A DNA stretch of 64,000 nt from Candidatus Hydrogenedentota bacterium (GCA_034669905.1 JAXMOL010000030.1:1-64000); one strand, 5' to 3'; positions 47,013 through 57,704 are shown, numbered from the stretch's first letter. A program made the numbers and translations. The notes: generated by a model from the letters alone, not told the origin.

Positions 47013-49268
47013 ATGAAGTATAAGTATGCGGGATATATCAGCACGCTCCTGGAGCAGCCCGATCCGGAACTACGCGACCAGTTGGAGCACGTGGAATTTT
47101 CCGCCGACGATTTCGTTGATTGGAATCTCGTAGACAACGAAGCCGACTCCGAGTGGAAGGTCATTCCGGCGGAGCGGGACAAGTCGGAGAACGGCGTTCG
47201 CCTGACCGGCCACTTTGAGGGCGTACGGCAGATTGACAACCTCTCTCCCGACGAGCCTAGTTTCTGGGTCGCCCTCAGCTCCCGGCGCTGGCAGAATGAC
47301 CGGCTGCCCATCGACCTTTCCCGATTCCCCATTGCGGAGATTACCTACCGGTGCCGCTCCGTTTCCGCCCGCCCCTCGTGGGTCTTAGGCTACGACGGCG
47401 GCACCCACTTCGACGGCCTCGAACCCACGGACACCGTGCAAACCATTGCGCGGCTCATCCAGTACAATGGCTTCCCCACAGAAATCGACACGATCACCTT
47501 TCGCCTCTATGCCAACCGGCGGCAGACCGAATCCATGGAGATTCTCTCCGTCCGTTTCCGGGCCATGTCGGAGGCCGAGCGCATGGCCTGTGCGGCCGCA
47601 CGGGATGCCCGCTTCGAGCACGGCGAACCGCCCCAATATCCTTTGCTCGATGAATTCATGCCACTGGGTGTCAGCATGAAGGCCGGCACGTCGAAGCGAA
47701 TGGCCGAGTGCATGGAAATGTCTTTTCGTGACTACTGGCGGCTGGCCCTCGAAGATGTGGCCCGCCATCACCACAACGCCGTGGCTATTGAAGAAATTGG
47801 CGACCTCAGTCAATCCGAGTGGAGGGAGATCCTCGGACTGGCCGAGTCTTATGGAATCCGCGTATTGGCCCACCACGACTGGGCGGAAGATGCCTTCGCA
47901 GCTGATCCGCAGGCCCTGGTAGACCGCGATATCCGTCCCTATGCGGATTCCCCAGCGCTCCTCGGCTGGGCCATTCGCAACGAACCCCCGGCCCACTCCT
48001 TCAACATGCACGTGGAAGCCCAGACCCTTATCCGAAAGGCGGATCCCAATCACCCCGTGGTGGCCATCATGCGGGAGCCCAATTCGCTTCCCCTCTTTGC
48101 CCCCCACTTTCCGGTCTCCGGCATCACCCACTTTAAATCCCATGTGCCGTGGGAACTCGGAAAAACGATTCGGGCCCACATTGACCAAATGGGCGGCCAA
48201 CATCTCTGGGTGGTGGCACCGGCCTTTGTGTACACCACCGAAACCCCCGAGTGGAATACCAGCCCCGAAATGCGGCTCATGATTAATCTGGCCTTCGCCC
48301 ATGGCGCCCGCGGCTGGTTTGCCTTTACCTATCATAATGACCCCATCTGGGTCGAAGGCAACACCCAACGCTCACTGACCGGACCCTTCCTGAATTTCAG
48401 CGACAATTGGTCTGAGCTGAGCCACCGTATGGAGCGCTTTTACGCCCTCACGCCCCTGGCTCTGAATGCCCGCCCCATGGACTCCCCCCCGGAATACGAC
48501 TTCAAAATCACCTGGGAAGACCACGACAAGTCACTCCGCCCGGCCGATTTACCCGCCATCCAGTGGAATTGGCTGGCCGGGCCGGACTTTCAGTTGGTCT
48601 ATGTAATCAGCAATGAGTTGAACGAAGTCACGACCGTAAACCTGGAAGTGCCCGACACCTTCAGCAAGGGCCTCGAAGTCTATGACATGACGGACTTTGT
48701 GCGTAGTCGCAACTGGCAACCCTCGGCCCACCGGCGCCACCTGGAGATGTTTCCAGGCCAGGGCCAGATCCTGCTGGTCGCGGAACCCGATGTCTGCGAG
48801 CGACTGCGAGACGACATCATCCAACGCCTCCAGGAAGATGATCAGCGCCAGGTAGCCATAAACCTCGGTCTCGCCAGACGTTACAACCTGGACGTTGCCG
48901 CAATCCAGCGTAGCATTCGCCAGATCGGCACCCGGGCACCGATCCAGGATGCCCAAACCACCCTGGAAGCCAAAGAAGAATTGGTCAACCTGCTCTACAA
49001 AGCCCCGGAGCTTTCCGCAGCACAGAGTACCCTGACCAAAGCGGGAGCCGCCTTGTGTGCCTGCGACGGGGCCCTGTGCCGTCTGATCGGCAATGGCCAG
49101 ATGGACCGTGCACGGGACATGGGGATCAACGTCTTGCCCCTCGCCCGGAAGGCCGCCGCCCTGCGACTTCAGCTCCGCCGGGGGCAGGCCTGTGAGGTCC
49201 TGGGGGAAGCCGAAGCGTTGAGCCAGCAAACCCTTACGCTGTTGGACCAGATTCGGGCCATCCGCTGA
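47013..49268 (+). CDS. Large hypothetical protein, possible glycoside-hydrolase-like TIM barrel
   Basis: ~750 aa; LLGWAIRNEP and AFAHGARGWFAFTY segments; start uncertain (ORF track 46872). Confidence 0.7.
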   Translation: MKYKYAGYISTLLEQPDPELRDQLEHVEFSADDFVDWNLVDNEADSEWKVIPAERDKSENGVRLTGHFEGVRQIDNLSPDEPSFWVALSSRRWQNDRLPIDLSRFPIAEITYRCRSVSARPSWVLGYDGGTHFDGLEPTDTVQTIARLIQYNGFPTEIDTITFRLYANRRQTESMEILSVRFRAMSEAERMACAAARDARFEHGEPPQYPLLDEFMPLGVSMKAGTSKRMAECMEMSFRDYWRLALEDVARHHHNAVAIEEIGDLSQSEWREILGLAESYGIRVLAHHDWAEDAFAADPQALVDRDIRPYADSPALLGWAIRNEPPAHSFNMHVEAQTLIRKADPNHPVVAIMREPNSLPLFAPHFPVSGITHFKSHVPWELGKTIRAHIDQMGGQHLWVVAPAFVYTTETPEWNTSPEMRLMINLAFAHGARGWFAFTYHNDPIWVEGNTQRSLTGPFLNFSDNWSELSHRMERFYALTPLALNARPMDSPPEYDFKITWEDHDKSLRPADLPAIQWNWLAGPDFQLVYVISNELNEVTTVNLEVPDTFSKGLEVYDMTDFVRSRNWQPSAHRRHLEMFPGQGQILLVAEPDVCERLRDDIIQRLQEDDQRQVAINLGLARRYNLDVAAIQRSIRQIGTRAPIQDAQTTLEAKEELVNLLYKAPELSAAQSTLTKAGAALCACDGALCRLIGNGQMDRARDMGINVLPLARKAAALRLQLRRGQACEVLGEAEALSQQTLTLLDQIRAIR

Positions 49269-49323
49269 TTCCCGTCCCAAACATCCCAACTACCCTCTAC
49301 GTGGAATCTTACGGGGATGTACG

Positions 49324-49353
49324 TTGACTTGGCCTGAGACCAGTTGATATACT
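49324..49353 (+). promoter_or_regulatory. Putative sigma70 promoter of the tRNA-Gln-prs operon
   Basis: TTGACT, 18-bp spacer, TATACT with an extended -10 TG. Confidence 0.55.
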
Positions 49354-49453
49354 CCTCACTCCCTCAGCGCTCCAACGTGGCCCTGTGTGAACAGGATGTC
49401 GTGTGGGAGTGTTTTCAGGTCCGTAAGAGCCAGGTAATTCGGCTGGACCCTAC

Positions 49454-49528
49454 AGGGGCGTGGCCAAGTGGTAAGGCACCTGCTTTTGGTGCAGGGTATC
49501 GTAGGTTCGAATCCTACCGCCCCTGCCA
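49454..49528 (+). tRNA. tRNA-Gln (TTG)
   Basis: AGGGGCGTGGCCAAGTGGTAAGGCACCTGCTTTTGGTGCAGG...GTTCGAATCC...CGCCCCTGCCA. Confidence 0.96.
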
Positions 49529-49552
49529 TTTTTTCTCCGTCTGGAGGATTGT

Positions 49553-50533
49553 GTGGTAAAAAGGATCAGCGATTCCGTGGCATATACGAGCGACATGAAA
49601 GTCTTTAGTGGCGGGGCTTCCGAAGCCCTCACCCTCGGGATCTGTGAACATCTGGACTGTGCCCCGGCACGGGCCAGTGTGGGACGCTTTTCCGATGGCG
49701 AAATTCGGGTCCAGATCGCAGACAACATTCGTGGCCGGGACGTATTTCTGGTAAACAGTACCTCCCCCCCGGTCAATCGGCACCTGATGGAATTGCTCAT
49801 CATGATCGATGCCGCCAAACGGGCGTCGGCAGAGCGCATTACGGCGGTCATGCCCTATTATGGTTACGCCCGTCAGGACCGGAAAGACAAGGCCCGGGTA
49901 CCGATTACGGCCAAACTGGTCGCCAACCTGCTCACGGCAGCCGGCGCAGATCGCGTTTTGACCGTCGACCTGCACTGCGGCCAGATCCAGGGTTTTTTTG
50001 ATATCCCCGTAGACCATCTCTCAGCAGAAGTGGTGTTCGTAAATCACCTTAAGAACCAACACTCCCTGCAGGAAAAACTGATGGTTGTGTCGCCCGATAC
50101 CGGTAGCGTAGGGCGCGCTCGGGAATTCGCCAACCGCCTCGGCGTTCCCCTGGCCATCGTCGACAAACGACGGCCCAAAGAGAACGTCGCGGAAGTGATG
50201 AATATTATCGGTGATGTCAAGGGCGTGAACGCCCTCATTTTTGACGACATGATTGATACGGCGGGCACCCTCGCCAAGGCCGCGAAAGCCATTAAGGAAC
50301 ATGGTGCGTTGTCCGTGCGTGCATGCGCGACGCACCCCGTGTTCAGTGGCCCGGCCCTGGACAATATAGAGCATTCGGAACTGGAAGAAATACTGGTGTG
50401 CGATTCAATTCCCCTGACGGAAAAGGCCCAGAGCAACCCGAAAATTCGGGTACTCTCCCTCGCCGCGTTGATCGGGGAAGCTATTCGCAGAGTCCACAAG
50501 GATGAATCCGTCAGCAATCTGTTTAAGAACTGA
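49553..50533 (+). CDS. prs: Ribose-phosphate pyrophosphokinase
   Basis: FSDGE, PYYGYARQDRK, DLH..QIQGFF, DDMIDTAGT motifs. Confidence 0.97.
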   Translation: MVKRISDSVAYTSDMKVFSGGASEALTLGICEHLDCAPARASVGRFSDGEIRVQIADNIRGRDVFLVNSTSPPVNRHLMELLIMIDAAKRASAERITAVMPYYGYARQDRKDKARVPITAKLVANLLTAAGADRVLTVDLHCGQIQGFFDIPVDHLSAEVVFVNHLKNQHSLQEKLMVVSPDTGSVGRAREFANRLGVPLAIVDKRRPKENVAEVMNIIGDVKGVNALIFDDMIDTAGTLAKAAKAIKEHGALSVRACATHPVFSGPALDNIEHSELEEILVCDSIPLTEKAQSNPKIRVLSLAALIGEAIRRVHKDESVSNLFKN

Positions 50534-50558
50534 CTGAGATTCGGAGGCATAACAAGTC

Positions 50559-51191
50559 ATGGAAATGCAATCGATTAAAGTAACGACCCGGACCGAGACC
50601 GGAAAAGGTCCCGCCCGCCGCAAACGCGTTGTAGGCGACATCCCCGCGGTGGTCTATGGTGAAGGTGCCGGTTCGGTCCCTATCGTGATCAACGCGAAGG
50701 ACTTCGACACCCTCGTCCATGGCAGTCACGGCGAGCACGCCGTGGTACAGCTCGAGGTCGAAGACAAGCCGGAACTCAATGGTCCGATCATGATCAAAGA
50801 CGTTCAGCACCACCCTATCAAGAACCAGATTATGCACGCTGACTTTCAGCGTATTAAGCTGGACAAGCCTGTTCAGACCATTCTGCCCATCAACTTGACG
50901 GGTCACTGCGTAGGTCTGGTTGAGGGCGGTGTGCCCGATCAGCAGTTGCGCGAACTGGAAATTGAGTGTCTCCCCCTGGATACGCCCGTTCAGTTCGACG
51001 TGGACATCACCGACGTCGCCATTGGCGGTCGGGTTCACGTTTCCGACCTGACCGCGCCCGAAGGCGTCAAGATCCTGACCGAAGGCGACCGCACGATTAT
51101 CGCCATCCACGCACCGCGTGTCGCTAGCAGCACAGGTGACGATGCGGAAGAAGTGGCTGAAGAAGCTGCTACGGAGGAAGCTGAAGCGTAA
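50559..51191 (+). CDS. rplY: 50S ribosomal protein L25/Ctc
   Basis: GKGPARR...IPAVVYG, HADF; prs-rplY-pth synteny. Confidence 0.95.
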   Translation: MEMQSIKVTTRTETGKGPARRKRVVGDIPAVVYGEGAGSVPIVINAKDFDTLVHGSHGEHAVVQLEVEDKPELNGPIMIKDVQHHPIKNQIMHADFQRIKLDKPVQTILPINLTGHCVGLVEGGVPDQQLRELEIECLPLDTPVQFDVDITDVAIGGRVHVSDLTAPEGVKILTEGDRTIIAIHAPRVASSTGDDAEEVAEEAATEEAEA

Positions 51192-51239
51192 TTCACGCTT
51201 TACTTCCCCCCCATCGTTGAGATTGGCTGGCGCATCCTT

Positions 51240-51797
51240 ATGAAAGTCATTGCAGGACTGGGAAATCCCGGTTCCGGTTACAAGAACACCCGTCATAATC
51301 TGGGATTCATGGTGGTGGATCGGTTGGCCGAGATGCTGAACGTCACCTTTGATCGCGAAAAGCATCAGGGACTGATCAGCCAGACCGCCTATCGTGGTGA
51401 AAAGCTGTTACTGGTTAAACCCCAGACCTTTATGAATCGCAGTGGCGACTGTATCGCGCGCCTTTGCCGCAATACGATATACGATCCGGCGGATCTGCTG
51501 GTCATTGTGGATGATATCAATCTCCCCCTGGAAAAAATTCGCCTCCGGGCCGGGGGGAGTGCCGGTGGACACAATGGCCTGAAATCCGTCATTGAACGTA
51601 TGGGAAGCCGCGATTATCATCGGATGCGCATGGGCGTAGGTGATGATAGACGCAAGGGTGATCTTGCCGATTACGTGCTCGCCAAGTTTCTCCCGGATGA
51701 ACGGGAGGCCTTAAGTGCCTCTATCGACCGGGGAGCGGAAGCGGCGCTGTTTTGGGCCACCCAGGGCATCAGCGCCGCGATGAATGAGTTTAATTGA
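51240..51797 (+). CDS. pth: Peptidyl-tRNA hydrolase
   Basis: GLGNPG..Y..TRHN.GF, KPQTFMN.SG, GGHNGLKS motifs. Confidence 0.97.
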   Translation: MKVIAGLGNPGSGYKNTRHNLGFMVVDRLAEMLNVTFDREKHQGLISQTAYRGEKLLLVKPQTFMNRSGDCIARLCRNTIYDPADLLVIVDDINLPLEKIRLRAGGSAGGHNGLKSVIERMGSRDYHRMRMGVGDDRRKGDLADYVLAKFLPDEREALSASIDRGAEAALFWATQGISAAMNEFN

Positions 51798-51846
51798 TCC
51801 TTGATGCTGCGCCGTCTCTGGCGCATATTGCAGGGAGGAATGGGAT

Positions 51847-52359
51847 ATGGAGCAAATGAAGAAGCACACGATTAGCGTACTCGTGGAAAACCATTTTGGT
51901 GTGCTTGCACGGGTCTCCGGCCTGTTCAGTGCCCGTGGCTATAACATTATCAGCCTCTGCGTCGGCGAGACGATGGACCCCTCCATCTCCCGCATGACCG
52001 TGGTCGTCCGTGGCGACGACAACGTGCTGTTCCAGATGATACAGCAGTTAAACAAGCTCGTGGACGTGATTGAAGTATCCGACCTCACGGCCTCCTCTTT
52101 CGTGGAGCGTGAACTGGTACTCATCAAGGTGAATGTAGAAAAAGAGCAGCGCGGTGAAGTGGTGGAGATCGCCTCTATTTTCCGCGCCAACGTGGTCGAT
52201 GTGGGCCCCGATTCCCTCACCGTAGAGGTAACCGGCGCCGAAGGCAAAGTATCTGCCTGTATCGACATGCTCCGCCCCTATGCGATTTCCGAATTGGTCC
52301 GCTCGGGAGAAATCGCCATTGAGCGGGCCCCGAAACGACATTGCAGTTTACCCGAATAA
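51847..52359 (+). CDS. ilvN: Acetolactate synthase small (regulatory) subunit
   Basis: HTISVLVEN.FGVL.RV.GLFSARGYNI.SL; ERELVLIKV. Confidence 0.95.
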   Translation: MEQMKKHTISVLVENHFGVLARVSGLFSARGYNIISLCVGETMDPSISRMTVVVRGDDNVLFQMIQQLNKLVDVIEVSDLTASSFVERELVLIKVNVEKEQRGEVVEIASIFRANVVDVGPDSLTVEVTGAEGKVSACIDMLRPYAISELVRSGEIAIERAPKRHCSLPE

Positions 52360-52536
52360 ACGGTATGATCAGGTAATGAGTTTTTTGGCGAGAGCACGCA
52401 TGAGGATTGACACGCAAGACAGGCTGGAAGCCCCTCGGCAACCCGTTTGTTGTCGTGCATCTATATGCGCCGTTCTTCCGGACTCGGTGCAGCCGCTGGT
52501 TTCCAGCGCGCAGCCTGATGAGGAAGCGATTGCTAC

Positions 52537-52566
52537 AACCGCAGCTTAAGGGCTGCGGTTTTTTTG
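52537..52566 (+). terminator. Intrinsic terminator
   Basis: aaccgcagc / gctgcggtt stem followed by a T-tract. Confidence 0.8.
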
Positions 52567-52638
52567 TGCCCCTGAGCAGGGTAAGACAGGTTGTAAAGAA
52601 GCGCAATTTCGGTTGAACTGGCGCGGAGGCGTAGACCA

Positions 52639-53373
52639 TTGAAAAAACTATTAGAGCTACAGAATCTCGACCTGCAAATTGAGAAATTTCGCGCACGGGA
52701 AACCGAGATACCCAAGCAGAAGAACAAATTCGATATCCACCGGAAGCGGCTGGCAGACGAATTGAAAGAGAGCGAGGATAAATTCAAGGGCCTCCAGCTG
52801 GAGCAGCGCGAGTGCGAAAGCGAAGTAGCTGCAAAGCAGGAAGAGATTAAGAAAAAAGAGACCGCCCTCCTCGCGGTCAAAAAGAATGAAGAATACCAGG
52901 CGCTCCTCCATGAGATGGAAATGCTTAAGAAGCAGATTGGCATCAAAGAGGAGCGCATCCTGACTATCATGGAAGAAATGGATGACGCCCGGACCTGTTT
53001 CGAGGAAGATAAACAGCGTATTGCGGGCGAACAGGCCGAAATCGCCGCCGAATGTGATAAGATCGACGCCGAACTGGCCGTCGCCGTCTCTGAGCGAAAA
53101 GCCCTGGAAGAACGGCGGAAGCCCCTGGTGGAGCAGATTGATCCGACGTTCATTCGCAAGTATGATCGCATCCGACGCGCCAAGAAAACCGGTGCGGCCC
53201 TGGTGCCCCTTCAGGGGGAATCCTGCTCTGGCTGCTTCATGGGCATTACGGCCCAGAATGTAAACCAGATTCTTGGTGGCGAATTCTTGCCCTGTCATCA
53301 TTGCGGGCGGCTCGTATACTATGCCCCCCGGGTTGAAGAAGAAACTGCAGAAGTGTCGAAAGGAGGGCTATGA
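52639..53373 (+). CDS. Coiled-coil C4-type zinc-ribbon protein (DUF164-like)
   Basis: Long coiled coil; C-terminal CSGC...CHHCGR; TTG start. Confidence 0.88.
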   Translation: MKKLLELQNLDLQIEKFRARETEIPKQKNKFDIHRKRLADELKESEDKFKGLQLEQRECESEVAAKQEEIKKKETALLAVKKNEEYQALLHEMEMLKKQIGIKEERILTIMEEMDDARTCFEEDKQRIAGEQAEIAAECDKIDAELAVAVSERKALEERRKPLVEQIDPTFIRKYDRIRRAKKTGAALVPLQGESCSGCFMGITAQNVNQILGGEFLPCHHCGRLVYYAPRVEEETAEVSKGGL

Positions 53374-53376
53374 CCC

Positions 53377-54309
53377 GTGGCTTTTTTTAAGCGCACGCCG
53401 TTTGGCCGAAAGAAACGAACCCAGAGTGCCGTACCCGATGGTCTCTGGAAGAAATGCGATGGCTGCAAACAAACCGTCTACCAGCCGGACATCAAAGAAA
53501 ATATGTACGTCTGCCCCCAATGCGCCCATCACTATCGCATTGGCTCCCGTGATCGTATCGATATTCTGGTTGATACGGGTTCCTTTACCGAGACCCACAC
53601 CAACATTACCGCCGCGGATCCCCTGGAGTTTGCAGTGGGTAAGGAAACCTATACGCAGCGCATCGATCGGGCCCGCAAACAGTCGGGACTCAATGAAGCC
53701 CTCGTGACCGGACTCGCCGCCATCGAGGGGGTACGTTGTGCCATTGGCTGCATGGACTCTTCCTTTGTCATGGCAAGCATGGGCTCGGCCGTTGGCGAAA
53801 AGTTCTCCCGACTCGTGGGAGACGCGATCGCCCATGAAGTGCCGCTCATCGTCTTCGCGGCATCCGGTGGCGCCCGTATGCAGGAAGGCATTCTGGCCCT
53901 CATGCAAATGGCCAAGACGGCAGATGCCGTACGCCAGATCAACGAAGCCGGGCTCCCCTTCATCGTGGTGCAGACCGACCCCACTTCCGGTGGTGTATTT
54001 GCCAGTTTCGCCAATCTCGGCGACATTACCATTGCCGAGCCCAAGGCCTATATCGGATTCGCCGGCGCACGACTCATCGAGGGTGCGTTCAAGATTAAGC
54101 TGCCCGATGGGTTCCAGCGGGCCGAGTACCAGCGTGACAACGGGTTTGTGGACCACATCGTGCCCCGTACCGAGATGCGGGCTCATCTTGGAAAGCTCCT
54201 GCGCTACCTGGCACCCAAGGCCGATGAAGATCTGAAAGATTACGTCCCCGAAAAGGTGGAAGAACCTGATCTCGCTGCCGCCACATCGGAGTCAGAAGCA
54301 GAGGCATGA
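53377..54309 (+). CDS. accD: Acetyl-CoA carboxylase carboxyltransferase beta
   Basis: GLWKKC Zn finger, SGGARMQEG, LMQMAKT, IGFAG.R.IE motifs. Confidence 0.96.
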   Translation: MAFFKRTPFGRKKRTQSAVPDGLWKKCDGCKQTVYQPDIKENMYVCPQCAHHYRIGSRDRIDILVDTGSFTETHTNITAADPLEFAVGKETYTQRIDRARKQSGLNEALVTGLAAIEGVRCAIGCMDSSFVMASMGSAVGEKFSRLVGDAIAHEVPLIVFAASGGARMQEGILALMQMAKTADAVRQINEAGLPFIVVQTDPTSGGVFASFANLGDITIAEPKAYIGFAGARLIEGAFKIKLPDGFQRAEYQRDNGFVDHIVPRTEMRAHLGKLLRYLAPKADEDLKDYVPEKVEEPDLAAATSESEAEA

Positions 54310-55604
54310 CCACCATCACAACGGCACGGCCGCACACCCCCCTGCGGCAGTACCTATTCGATTTGACCCTGCACGGAATCAAGCTGGGCCTGGATAATAT
54401 CCAGGCCCTTCTTCGTGCTGCCGACGCGCCCCACCTCGCCTACCCGACGATTCACATCGGTGGCACCAATGGAAAGGGCAGCGTCGTCGCCCTCTTGTCC
54501 GCCATGTTGAGCGACGCAGGCTATCGGGTTGGCCGTTTCACCAGCCCCCATCTCATCGACGTATCCGAGCGCTTCCTCATCAATGGCGAACCCATCACCG
54601 AGGTCGATCTGGAAGAAAACATACGCTTCTTTCAAGACGTCGCCACGTCGATGCCCCAATGCCCCACCTTCTTCGAGATGAACACGGCCATCGCCTTTCG
54701 GCACTTCGCCCAACAACGGGTAGATGTGGCCCTCATCGAAGTGGGGATGGGCGGGCGCTTCGACAGCACCAATGTTGTGCAGCCCATCGCCACCGCCATC
54801 ACCAACATCGATCTGGAGCATACCGCCTTCCTCGGGAATACCATCACCGCTATCGCGGGAGAAAAAGCCGGGATTATCAAGGCCGGTGTACCGGTGATTA
54901 CCGCCGAGTGTCAGGAGGAAGCCCTCTCGGTCTTTCGAAAGACGGCCGCAGGGCTCAAGGCACCCCTGCACGAAGTGGGCCGGGATATCGCGTTCGAATG
55001 CAGTGGCTCACCCTGGGCTCAGCGCATGGATTACCACAGCCCCACGCTCACCCTGACCGCCGCACCCCTCGGGCTGCCGGGAGCCTACCAGGGAGCCAAC
55101 GCGGCCGTGGCCATCGCGGTAGCAGAACAGCTCGCAGCGACCTTTCCCAACCTCAACGAACAATCCATCCTGGCGGGATTGCAGAAGGCTTCCTGGCCCT
55201 GTCGCCTCGAACGGGTCCTCGACCTCCCTCCCACCTTCATTGATGTGGCCCACAATGAAGCGGGTGCACAGCGCCTCGCGGACCACCTGGATGAGTGCGT
55301 AATGGTTTTTGCAGCATCTTCCGACAAAGACGCGGCCGCTATGCTGCGCGCCCTTCAGCCCAAGGCGAAGCACCTGCTCCTTACCCGCTTCGAAGGGAAA
55401 CGGGCCGCATCAACCGCGGCCTTGTCCGCCCACCTCACACCGGGAAGCTACGTCGTGCACCCCGCCCTGCCGGAAGCGATTGAGGCGGGTCTGGCCTTGG
55501 CGGATGAATCCTGCCCCCTCCTGATTACGGGCTCCATCTACGCCGCAGGAGAAGCCCGGGAGTACCTGATCCAACACCACGGCGCGACCCCCTTGCAGTT
55601 CTGA
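54306..55604 (+). CDS. folC: Folylpolyglutamate synthase/dihydrofolate synthase
   Basis: GTNGKGS, FTSPHL, EVGMGGRFDSTNV, DVAHN motifs. Confidence 0.96.
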   Translation: MTTITTARPHTPLRQYLFDLTLHGIKLGLDNIQALLRAADAPHLAYPTIHIGGTNGKGSVVALLSAMLSDAGYRVGRFTSPHLIDVSERFLINGEPITEVDLEENIRFFQDVATSMPQCPTFFEMNTAIAFRHFAQQRVDVALIEVGMGGRFDSTNVVQPIATAITNIDLEHTAFLGNTITAIAGEKAGIIKAGVPVITAECQEEALSVFRKTAAGLKAPLHEVGRDIAFECSGSPWAQRMDYHSPTLTLTAAPLGLPGAYQGANAAVAIAVAEQLAATFPNLNEQSILAGLQKASWPCRLERVLDLPPTFIDVAHNEAGAQRLADHLDECVMVFAASSDKDAAAMLRALQPKAKHLLLTRFEGKRAASTAALSAHLTPGSYVVHPALPEAIEAGLALADESCPLLITGSIYAAGEAREYLIQHHGATPLQF

Positions 55605-55619
55605 CCGGCCTGGCGCCCC

Positions 55620-57407
55620 TCAGTCTTTCGCGAGGCAAATCAGTTTCTGACCCGGGTGAGGGTTGGCCGGGCTTTCCGACGTAATCACATTGAGCCGTTT
55701 ATCCTCGGTGATGACCAACAGGGGGATGGCGTCGGGGTTCTGCACCTTGAATTCTTTGAAGGTAAAGGCGTCCGTCAGGGGCGTCACCTTAATCTTCGCA
55801 CCGCCCCAGATGCGCTCTGAAAGCATCCGGAAGGGCACATCCTCGCCAAAGAGAATGCGGCCCCGGAGGTGGCGTGGCAACTCCGCTTCATCATGCCGCT
55901 TGCCCGGGGCGTTTTCCATCCCCATCTGGTAGGTTTCGCTTCGGCCAAAGACTTCGGCAAAGTGCAGGGTAGCCAGGGCATTGACCGTGTAGTTGCCCGT
56001 CAACGCCAAGACCCGACCCATGCGGTCGAGGGGCAGTTCATCGAGGAGACGTTCCGAAAGGGCATCCCCAAAGTGCGCCGGGATACCGTCCTGTCGGGCC
56101 ACGGTTATGTTCCGCCAGTTGCTGTCCACCAGCAGCACATCAAAGCCCTCTTTCATGAGGACCTGGGCCAACTGTCGGGCGGGCGCGTGAGCTCCAATAA
56201 TGACCGAGCCCTGGGGATTGTCAATGGCCAGTTTCAGCCGTTTCGCCAGGGGCCCCGCCGTTAGGCCATAGACGAGCACCGTAATAGCGATTACGAGAAA
56301 CGTCGCCGGCACCATGCGCTCGGCACCCGCATGGCCGCTTTCGGCCAGAGAAAGGGCAAAGACCGAGGTCACGGCCGCCGCCACGATACCCCGGGGCGCC
56401 ATCCAGCAGAGAAAGATGCGCTCTGCCCGGGTCAGGGCCGTGCCAAGCGTACAAAAGTAGATAGACAGGGGCCGCGCCACGAATATCAGCACCAGCGCGA
56501 AGGCCACGCCGCCAAAGCCCAGCTCCCGCAGGGTCATCAAATCCAGTCGAGCAGAGAGCAACACAAACAAGACCGCCAAGAGGAGCACCCGCAGGTTTTC
56601 CTTGAACTCGACGAGATGACGAATAGATACCTTGTTCTGGTTTGCCAGCCAAACCCCCATGATGGTGACCGTGAGCAGGCCCGATTCGTGCATCAGGGTA
56701 TTGGAGAGGGCGAAGGCACCGAGGGCCATGGCGAGGCTTACCGCGACATGGAGCATCTCGGGAATCCAATAGCGACGAATCAAGAGCACCAGTGTGTTCG
56801 CGCCCAGAATGCCCAGGCCCAGCCCAATCACCAGGGTCTTGATAACGCCCAGAATGACCCCTGAGGTCGCATGGTCCGGACTCGAATTAATGGCTTCATA
56901 GACCAATACGGCGAGACTGGCCCCCACCGGGTCGATCATGATACCTTCCCACTTCAACAGGGGCCCCACCTTGCCCGTGGGCCGGATATGCCGCAGTAGC
57001 GGGCCAATGACCGTCGGACCGGTCACCACGAGAATCGCGCCCAGCAGTAAGGAGACCGACCAGGAAAGGTCCAGCAGGTAGTGGGCCGCCAGCGCGCTGA
57101 TAATCCAGGTCGCCACGACGCCCACACTGACCAGACGCCAGAACACGGCACTCACCCCGGACAATTCCCGGAAACGAAGGGTCAATCCCCCTTCAAAGAG
57201 GATAAGGGCCACACACACCGACACGAGGGGCAGCAGCAAATCACCGAAGAGCTTGTCCGGCTGTACCCACCCCAGGATAGGCCCCGCCACCAGGCCGGAC
57301 GCCAGGAGAAAGAGGATGGAGGGAATCTTGATGCGCCACCCAATCCATTGGGCCGCAATACCAAGCACAATAAGTAACGTCAATTGAATAAGATGATTGT
57401 CTTCCAT
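55620..57407 (-). CDS. NhaP-type cation:proton antiporter with C-terminal TrkA-N-like domain
   Basis: ILFEGG, VTGPTVI.P, EG...DP.G, APRGIVAAA motifs; ORF track start 57500. Confidence 0.9.
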   Translation of the reverse strand: MEDNHLIQLTLLIVLGIAAQWIGWRIKIPSILFLLASGLVAGPILGWVQPDKLFGDLLLPLVSVCVALILFEGGLTLRFRELSGVSAVFWRLVSVGVVATWIISALAAHYLLDLSWSVSLLLGAILVVTGPTVIGPLLRHIRPTGKVGPLLKWEGIMIDPVGASLAVLVYEAINSSPDHATSGVILGVIKTLVIGLGLGILGANTLVLLIRRYWIPEMLHVAVSLAMALGAFALSNTLMHESGLLTVTIMGVWLANQNKVSIRHLVEFKENLRVLLLAVLFVLLSARLDLMTLRELGFGGVAFALVLIFVARPLSIYFCTLGTALTRAERIFLCWMAPRGIVAAAVTSVFALSLAESGHAGAERMVPATFLVIAITVLVYGLTAGPLAKRLKLAIDNPQGSVIIGAHAPARQLAQVLMKEGFDVLLVDSNWRNITVARQDGIPAHFGDALSERLLDELPLDRMGRVLALTGNYTVNALATLHFAEVFGRSETYQMGMENAPGKRHDEAELPRHLRGRILFGEDVPFRMLSERIWGGAKIKVTPLTDAFTFKEFKVQNPDAIPLLVITEDKRLNVITSESPANPHPGQKLICLAKD

Positions 57408-57704
57408 ATAAAGACCTGTATCGTTGGAGAAAGGCCACGGCAGAGCCTCCAACCCGGAACGCCCCCGTCCGCGACCGTGTAAAGCATAAAACAATGACAC
57501 CCCGGACGCAACTTGACAAATATTCGAATACGCTGACGCTTCTGGAGAGGAGGCGATCTACGGGCCGGGCCAACCACGAAAAGGCGCATGGAGGGAAGGG
57601 CATTCGGCCATTTGCAAACAAAATGCGCGAATGTCCCTTGAAATGGCCCCCACTCGTCGTATAGTTATCAGTGGCCATTGAACCAGTCAAAGGAGATACG
57701 TCCC

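Noticed and set aside
52376..52566. RNase P RNA or T-box
   Set aside because: No GAGGAAAGTCC or T-box consensus seen, and too short for RNase P RNA
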